DNA from: Clostridia bacterium
GTDB taxonomy: Bacteria; Bacillota; Clostridia; TANB77; CAG-508
Reading direction: 5' to 3'
Length of the DNA: 64,000 nucleotides
Assembly (NCBI GenBank): GCA_017511265.1
Contig: JAFWKV010000001.1
Location: forward strand, 64,553-128,552
Of the stretch, positions 58,240 to 64,000 are shown piece by piece. Both the position numbers and the translations under genes were made by a program. How positions within the stretch are numbered: position 1 is the first letter of the stretch; every line of letters starts with the position of its first letter. The notes below the pieces were generated by a model. It saw only the letters and a list, made by a program, of their open reading frames with translations, had not been told where the DNA came from and ran no database searches.

Positions 58240-59245
58240 TTAACTTTTTACTAACATATTTCATAACTGAAATAACTTTTGAATAGTCCATTCTTTTAGG
58301 TCCAATTATTCCTATTGTACCTAAATCTTTGTCTCCCACTTTATGTTTAAAAGTAACTATACTAAAATCTTTTAGCTCGTCTTTTTCGTTTTCATCTCCA
58401 ATATATACATTTATATCTTGAGCAAAGCCTGAATTTAGCATATCTGACACAAGCTCTTTTGTATCAAGTATATTGATAAAATTTTTAGCAACCTCTAGGC
58501 TATTAAATTCTGGCAATTCAAAAGCTTTATTTGCTCCTTCTAGATATATTGTGTCATCTTCTGCAATAACTTTTTTTAGCTGTTCTATTATTGGTTTTAT
58601 AACTTTTACACTATATGTCATTTCATCAAATAAGTATTCTTCTAATGGTCTATCTATTTTTTCAATTGGCTCACCTTTTAATTTATTATTAAACATATAG
58701 TTTAGTGTTTCAACTTGTTTGTCTGTAATGTCTTCATCAAATTTAATTATTGTTTCTTTTACCATTCCTGTGTCTGTTAATATCACAGCCATAAGCATTC
58801 TATTGCCTAATAGAATAAATTTTATTTCTTTTATAATTTGATAATTTACATTTGGTCCAATTGATACTGTTGTATAGTGTGTTACTTCTGATATTGTACT
58901 TGTTGCAATTTTAGTTAAATCTTCTATTTCATTTACTTTTGTTTCTAGTTTTGAACTTATATATTTGATTTCTTCTAAGCTAATGTCATCATCTTTAACT
59001 AATTCATTTACATATAGTCTATATCCTTTTTCTGATGGTATTCTTCCTGATGATGTATGTGTTTTTTCAAGTAAACCTTCTTTTTCTAAACTTGCCATTT
59101 CATTTCTTATTGTTGCACTACTATAGTTTAGGCCATAGTTTTCTACAATAGCCTTTGAACTTACTGGCTCTGCTGTATTTATGTATTCTTCTATTATAGC
59201 TTGTAATACTTTTTTCTTTCTGTCGTCTATCAATATTAACACCAC
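58226..59245 (-). CDS. hrcA: Heat-inducible transcription repressor HrcA
   Basis: DDRKKKVLQAIIEEYINTAEPVSSKAI, SSATIRNEMASLEKEGLLEKTHTSSGRIPSEKGYRLYV. Confidence 0.9.
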   Translation of the reverse strand: MVLILIDDRKKKVLQAIIEEYINTAEPVSSKAIVENYGLNYSSATIRNEMASLEKEGLLEKTHTSSGRIPSEKGYRLYVNELVKDDDISLEEIKYISSKLETKVNEIEDLTKIATSTISEVTHYTTVSIGPNVNYQIIKEIKFILLGNRMLMAVILTDTGMVKETIIKFDEDITDKQVETLNYMFNNKLKGEPIEKIDRPLEEYLFDEMTYSVKVIKPIIEQLKKVIAEDDTIYLEGANKAFELPEFNSLEVAKNFINILDTKELVSDMLNSGFAQDINVYIGDENEKDELKDFSIVTFKHKVGDKDLGTIGIIGPKRMDYSKVISVMKYVSKKLNEKK

Positions 59246-59350
59246 CTATTTTTATATATAGTTTTTATTTATTTTATATTATTTTCTTTATAATATCAAT
59301 AATATTAAATAAAAAAATAGTAATACTGTATTTTTATCACTTTCGTCAAG

Positions 59351-60517
59351 TTAAATAAATTTTATCCAAACCTGGTTTGCCAAGTCTAGTCCTCTATTTG
59401 TTAATTTTATTATGTCACCATCAATGCTTATAAGTTTAGCATTTACCAATTCGTTCAACTCTTTGTTAAATATATAAATAGGATTTTCTTCAAATTTATT
59501 TTTGAAATCTTTTACGTTAATTCCTTCAGTCATTCTTAACCCTAATATCATAAATTCTTTTTGTTTATCTATTTCATCTTGTTGCTCTTCAATTATTTTA
59601 TTTTCTTCAAATCTTTCTACTTCAATATTTTTAATATATTTTTTTATATTTTCAATATTAGAATAACGTTCACTATCAATATAAGAAGAAGCATTTAAAC
59701 CAATACCAATATATTCTTTTTGCTTCCAGCAATTTACATTATGTTTTGATTCATACCCTGACTTTGCAAAATTAGAAATTTCATAATGCCTATAACCATT
59801 TAATTCTAGAGTGTTTTTAACAAACCAATACATTTGCCTTTCTTGTTCTTCATCAGGTAAAGTAACTTGTTTTTTTTCTACTAAATCATATAATTTTGTA
59901 TTCTCTTCTAATATTAAAGAATATACTGAAATATGTTCAATGTTTAGATTAATCAATTTATTTAAACTTAGTTTTAAGTCTTGGATGGTCTGTTTTGGCA
60001 AACCTAGCATTAAATCTACATTTATATTATTGAATCCAACATCTCTTGCCATACTATATGTATCTAAAAATTGCTCATATGTATGTATTCTTCCTATGGC
60101 TTTTAACAATTCATTATTGCAACTTTGCAATCCTATACTTAATCTATTTATTCCCGCTTCTTTATATTCTATAAGTTTTTGTTTTGTTACAGTTCCTGGA
60201 TTAACTTCAATTGTAATTTCAGCATTATCTAATTTGACATTCTTGCTTTTTATTATTTGTAGTATTTCTTTTATATACTTGCTATCTATATAAGATGGTG
60301 TTCCACCACCTATATAAACAGTTGTTATGTTATATCTTCCATTAACTTCTTCAAGTTTGTGTTTTAATTCCTTTTTCAAGCAATGCACATACTTTTCTTG
60401 CATCTGCTTAATCCCTGCAAATGAAACAAAATCACAATAGTAGCATTTGCTCTTACAAAAAGGAATATGTATATATATTCCTAATTCTCTTGTGATATTT
60501 CTATTATCTTCTTTAAT
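59351..60517 (-). CDS. hemW: Radical SAM heme chaperone HemW (HemN-like); probable non-canonical ATT start
   Basis: The ORF-track start (60403) removes the radical-SAM motif. The same frame upstream reads ELGIYIHIPFCKSKCYYCDF with no ATG/GTG/TTG. ATT at 60517-60515 lies 7 nt after AGGGGTGA. 1167 nt = 389 codons. Confidence 0.75.
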   Translation of the reverse strand: MKEDNRNITRELGIYIHIPFCKSKCYYCDFVSFAGIKQMQEKYVHCLKKELKHKLEEVNGRYNITTVYIGGGTPSYIDSKYIKEILQIIKSKNVKLDNAEITIEVNPGTVTKQKLIEYKEAGINRLSIGLQSCNNELLKAIGRIHTYEQFLDTYSMARDVGFNNINVDLMLGLPKQTIQDLKLSLNKLINLNIEHISVYSLILEENTKLYDLVEKKQVTLPDEEQERQMYWFVKNTLELNGYRHYEISNFAKSGYESKHNVNCWKQKEYIGIGLNASSYIDSERYSNIENIKKYIKNIEVERFEENKIIEEQQDEIDKQKEFMILGLRMTEGINVKDFKNKFEENPIYIFNKELNELVNAKLISIDGDIIKLTNRGLDLANQVWIKFI

Positions 60518-61362
60518 CTGTAATTCACCCCTGACTTTCCTATAGGATTTTTCAAGTAATTTCCAAGTTCTGATAAAGGCTCATTTGGATGCTCTAGCCT
60601 AATCTCTGCTATTTCTTTTAATGAATCTTCTAATTTATCAAATTTTTTTGCTTTTTTAAGCTTTTGTATTGCATTTATTTGTTCTACTGCTGCATTTATA
60701 GTTTTGTTCATGTTTGCAGTTTCACAATTTACTAATCTGTTTACTTTATTATTCATTTGTCTTACTACTCTAACTTCTTCAAATTTCAGTACTGCTTGAT
60801 TTGCACCTATAAAAGCTAAAAATTTAGATATTTCTTCTCCATCTTTTATGTATACAGGATATGAATTTTTGCCATCTAGCGTTTTAACAATTATTCCATT
60901 TTCAAATAATTTGTTTGAAATAATTTCACGATTTTCTTTAGTTGATAATGAAATTTCTAAATGATATTTTGCTTTAGGATTATTAATAGATCCAGACCCT
61001 AAAAAAGCTCCCCTAATTAAAGCTTTAAAATAGTTTTCTTTAAATTCTTTTGTTTTTAGATTTATACAGTCTTTATTTATAATTAGTAGTTTTTCAAATT
61101 TTTCAATTTCTTTTTCTTCAAATGTTATAACAAATAATTTTCCTTGTAAATTAATTTGATAATCTAATATTTGCATATTGTTTAGTAATTTTGAAAACCT
61201 ATTAATATTATATTCACTTTCTGTAGCATACTTTATTTCTTGGTTTACTATGCTTGTGTTACTGCTAATTAAGTATCCAATAAATTCTGCTTGTACTTGT
61301 TCTTTATTAGCTAAATTATTAGTTTTACTTAATTCTTCTTTTGTTTCTGTTGAGAAAGACAT
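60481..61362 (-). CDS. whiA: Sporulation/cell-division regulator WhiA
   Basis: MSFSTETKEEL, LAGLIDADG-like repeats (RGAFLGSGSINNP), C-terminal HTH LSELGNYLKNPIGKSGVNYRLKKI. Start at ATG 61362, preceded by AGGTGA. Confidence 0.9.
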   Translation of the reverse strand: MSFSTETKEELSKTNNLANKEQVQAEFIGYLISSNTSIVNQEIKYATESEYNINRFSKLLNNMQILDYQINLQGKLFVITFEEKEIEKFEKLLIINKDCINLKTKEFKENYFKALIRGAFLGSGSINNPKAKYHLEISLSTKENREIISNKLFENGIIVKTLDGKNSYPVYIKDGEEISKFLAFIGANQAVLKFEEVRVVRQMNNKVNRLVNCETANMNKTINAAVEQINAIQKLKKAKKFDKLEDSLKEIAEIRLEHPNEPLSELGNYLKNPIGKSGVNYRLKKIIEISQEN

Positions 61363-61363
61363 A

Positions 61364-62212
61364 TTAATCACCTACTCTTGTTACTATTATTCTATCATTG
61401 TCATATAAATCTTTTTTACAATATGTTTTACTATACCTTTTTTCATATTCTAGTATATCCATAACAAACTCTCTTTGGTCATAACCAATTTCCATGCATA
61501 AATATCCATTATATTTTAAATAATCATATGCTTTACCTGAAATTTTTCTGTAAAAGTCATATCCATCAATTCCACCATCTAATGCTATTTTGGGTTCATT
61601 TTGAACTTCCTTTTGTAATTTTTTTATATCTACTGTTCTTATGTATGGCGGATTTGTTACTATTATATCAAATTTCATTTTTGGAATATTTTCAAATAAA
61701 TCTGATTCAATAAATTGTATTCTATCGTATACATCATTATTTTGTGCATTTTTTTTTGCTATTTTTAATGCTTTTTTGCTAATATCTGATGCATATAAAA
61801 TTGCATTTTTTGCATATTTTGCAATCGAGATTGCTATTGCTCCACTGCCTGTACATAAATCTAATATGCGTGGTCTTGTTAGTCTTTTGGTAATGCTTAA
61901 GACTTCTTCAACTAGTATTTCTGTATCTGGTCTTGGTATAAGTACGTCTTCATTAACATAGAAATTTAACTTCATAAATTCTTGTGCTTGGGTAATGTGT
62001 TGTATTGGTACACCTGAAATTAGCTTTTCTACATTTTTCATGTATTCTTTTTCTTGCTCTTTTGTTATTTCTTTTTGATCATATATTATTAAGTATTCTC
62101 TTGGCTTGTTTATTGTGTATTGCATTAGCATTCTTGCTTTTAATATTGGCTTTTCTATTTTTGCACTTTTTAATTTGTATACTGCTCTATTTAGTAAATC
62201 TTTTAGCTTCAC
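61364..62212 (-). CDS. prmC: Peptide-chain-release-factor N5-glutamine methyltransferase
   Basis: ILDLCTGSGAIAI, IVTNPPYI, EPKIALDGGIDG. Confidence 0.9.
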   Translation of the reverse strand: MKLKDLLNRAVYKLKSAKIEKPILKARMLMQYTINKPREYLIIYDQKEITKEQEKEYMKNVEKLISGVPIQHITQAQEFMKLNFYVNEDVLIPRPDTEILVEEVLSITKRLTRPRILDLCTGSGAIAISIAKYAKNAILYASDISKKALKIAKKNAQNNDVYDRIQFIESDLFENIPKMKFDIIVTNPPYIRTVDIKKLQKEVQNEPKIALDGGIDGYDFYRKISGKAYDYLKYNGYLCMEIGYDQREFVMDILEYEKRYSKTYCKKDLYDNDRIIVTRVGD

Positions 62213-62235
62213 ATTCCCACTTCCTTAGCAAAAAT

Positions 62236-62425
62236 TATACCCCACTGGGCCGTAAGACTAGTTGAATTTTTAAGGACCTGCTCCTAAAAACAGGTGGGTG
62301 CCTACCTAAATATTCCTGGGCTTCTTACTGTACTGTAAGCTTGCACGCCATATTTGAGAGTTCGGCCCCTCTTAATGTGTGTTGGTTCTAAAAATTCCGT
62401 CTTTACAAACTTTGTAGGGTATATA
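62236..62425 (+). ncRNA. Candidate ~190-nt structured RNA, 6S-RNA-like long irregular hairpin (strand tentative)
   Basis: GC-enriched intergenic block. Paired ends TATACCC/GGGTATA, GTAAGAC/GTCTTTAC, AATTTTTA/TAAAAATT and GGACC/GGTTC enclose a central region with small hairpins (AGGTGG-GTGC-CTACCT; GAGAG-N8-CTCTT; CTTAC-N6-GTAAG). G.T pairs favour the plus strand. No sequence-level match to 6S can be asserted from memory. Confidence 0.35.
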
Positions 62426-62498
62426 AAAAACATATTTAATTGTTATATTAATAATAGCACATTAGTATTATTTTTGCAAGCGTTTTTATAAAATATTT

Positions 62499-63128
62499 TT
62501 AATCGTCATATTGAGTATAATCAATTTCGTCCTCTTCATCTTTTATATCATCAATTTCATCATATTCAAATTCATCTGCATCATCTTTTTTACGATTTTC
62601 AATTTTATGCTTTTTTTCTTGTTTGGCTTGTTTCTTTTTCTTTTCTTTTTGTTTTTCTTCTTCTTTTTTTACATTTTTTTGAATCTCTTTAACTATTTTT
62701 TGTGCATCTTCTCTTTTATTTTGTATACATTTACTCATTGTATTGCTAGCCTTTTCTATCATTTCAGGCACATAGTCTAAAAGCTTGTCTATACTTGATG
62801 AATATTCTACTGGTAACAATTTTACATTATTGGATTGTACTACTAAAAATGCAATAGGATTTATTGAAACTCCTGCACCTGATCCACCGCCAAATGGTAA
62901 TCTGTATTGAATAGCCTCTTCCTTATCCTTTTTAGTATATTCATCTAATGTTTCTCCTTTAAATTCACTTCCTCCTGCCGCAAAGCCAAAAGATACTTTT
63001 GATATAGGAATTATAATTACATTGTTTGCTGTTTCAATAGGTTCACCTATTATGGTATTTACATCAATCATATCTTGTATACTATTCATAGCTGTAACCA
63101 TAAGCCCTTCTATTGGATGTTCTGACAT
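62499..63128 (-). CDS. ytfJ: Sporulation protein YtfJ (GerW family) with long charged C-terminal tail
   Basis: IEGLMVTAMNSIQDMIDVNTIIGEPI, IIPISKVSFGFAAGGSEF, LPFGGGSGAGVSINPIAFLVV. About 80 extra K/E-rich then D/E-rich residues. Start at ATG 63128. Confidence 0.75.
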   Translation of the reverse strand: MSEHPIEGLMVTAMNSIQDMIDVNTIIGEPIETANNVIIIPISKVSFGFAAGGSEFKGETLDEYTKKDKEEAIQYRLPFGGGSGAGVSINPIAFLVVQSNNVKLLPVEYSSSIDKLLDYVPEMIEKASNTMSKCIQNKREDAQKIVKEIQKNVKKEEEKQKEKKKKQAKQEKKHKIENRKKDDADEFEYDEIDDIKDEEDEIDYTQYDD

Positions 63129-63741
63129 TTTTATCATCTCTCCTTTTCTTATTTAAGATATATATTATATAAATAATATGTATCATTTTCATCTCAATTA
63201 TACAGTTAAGTTTCAATTTTAATAAGTTTTTGTTATATACTGGATGTATAATAAATTTATTATCTTTAAATTTTTTCAATGTGTCTTTTAACATAATTCC
63301 TAGTATACTTGATAATAGTGCTACTAAATATGATGTAATTACTACATCTTCTAATCCTATATTAATAAATAAATTTATATATTTTATTTTAGGTCTAAAT
63401 CTATTTATTTTTTTTATTTGCTCTTTATCTATTTTTTCAAATTTAAATCTTTTAATATTAACTTTCTTTATCTTTTCTTTTATTCTTAATTTTGCTAATT
63501 TATCTTTAGTGATATCAATTTTAATTATAGGTATTAATTTTAAAACATATAAAATTATAGATATTTTATATGTATCAGCTATTAAATTTTCTTTTAGGTT
63601 TTCTGTTGATAAATTAAGATTCTTAATTTCAACTTTTAAATTAGAAAAAAGCAATATTACCACCAGTATTGCTAAAATTATCAAAATATAAAAAAACAAT
63701 ACTATCACCTCTATGTAAGGATCTAGTATTATTTTTTCCAT
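63082..63741 (-). CDS. DUF2953/YtfI-like membrane protein
   Basis: N-terminal TM helix, lysine-rich repeats, position immediately upstream of ytfJ as in Bacillus ytfI-ytfJ. Confidence 0.5.
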   Translation of the reverse strand: MEKIILDPYIEVIVLFFYILIILAILVVILLFSNLKVEIKNLNLSTENLKENLIADTYKISIILYVLKLIPIIKIDITKDKLAKLRIKEKIKKVNIKRFKFEKIDKEQIKKINRFRPKIKYINLFINIGLEDVVITSYLVALLSSILGIMLKDTLKKFKDNKFIIHPVYNKNLLKLKLNCIIEMKMIHIIYIIYILNKKRRDDKNVRTSNRRAYGYSYE

Positions 63742-63765
63742 TTATTTCTTTTTTAATCACTATAT

Positions 63766-64000
63766 CTATGCAGATTTTTCTTTTCGTGCTCTTTCAACTG
63801 TTATATCTCCAAATGTTTCTTTTTGAACTGTTGCAACTTTATTTCTTCTTGATAATTCAAGCAGTCCTGAAAATGCAGTTACTACCTCTTGTTTATTATG
63901 TTTTTTTATTGAGAAAAGTTTGTTAAATACAAATTTTTTATTTTTTACTAATACTTTAAACATTTCTCTTACTTTACTTGCTACTGAATATGTTTCTGTT
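63766..64000 (-). CDS. scpA: Segregation and condensation protein A, C-terminal part (5' end beyond window)
   Basis: EVVTAFSGLLELSRRNKVATVQKETFGDITVE resembles the ScpA C-terminal winged helix. The frame stays open upstream of the ORF-track Met through nt 64000. Confidence 0.55.
   Translation of the reverse strand, partial: TETYSVASKVREMFKVLVKNKKFVFNKLFSIKKHNKQEVVTAFSGLLELSRRNKVATVQKETFGDITVERARKEKSA

Overview
AT-rich (about 25-30% G+C by eye) Clostridia-type chromosome segment, transcribed almost entirely from the minus strand. 1-32 kb is a large ABC-transporter-dependent cell-wall glycopolymer locus. It holds a Wzm/Wzt-like exporter, three paralogous two-domain GT2 enzymes, other GT2s, Glf, a WbdD-like tandem methyltransferase, GacI/J/L-like and GtrA/GtrB/GT-C-like side-chain modules, and an LtaS/GacH-like transferase. 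It also holds two giant ricin-lectin-repeat peptidoglycan hydrolases, one of them frameshifted. 32-52.5 kb carries housekeeping and sporulation genes: uppP, dpaA, DUF368, sigK, CNNM/TlyC, U32 peptidase plus O-methyltransferase, typA, cysE, smpB, fba, CDF, and sufCBDSU behind a DtxR-type repressor. 52.5-56.2 kb is a small accessory islet: a HAD-nucleotidase / small ORF / zeta-toxin operon divergent from an atypical RelA/SpoT-like gene. 56-64 kb carries a SEDS protein, truB, hrcA, hemW, whiA, prmC, ytfJ/ytfI and scpA. The most unusual signal is not protein-coding. Nine intergenic giant hairpin (foldback) elements of 69-291 nt lie between 30.8 and 56.2 kb. They fall into families that share short GC-rich apical cores while their long, mostly perfect stems differ in sequence but keep their pairing. 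Several stems run into the 3' ends of flanking genes and encode their last codons. No transposase, integrase, CRISPR, tRNA or rRNA was seen. Three genes (sigK, the RelA/SpoT-like gene, the GH25 hydrolase) need frameshifts to be read through, so either sequence quality or real recoding/pseudogenisation must be resolved. All homology calls rest on motif recognition by eye; no database search was possible.
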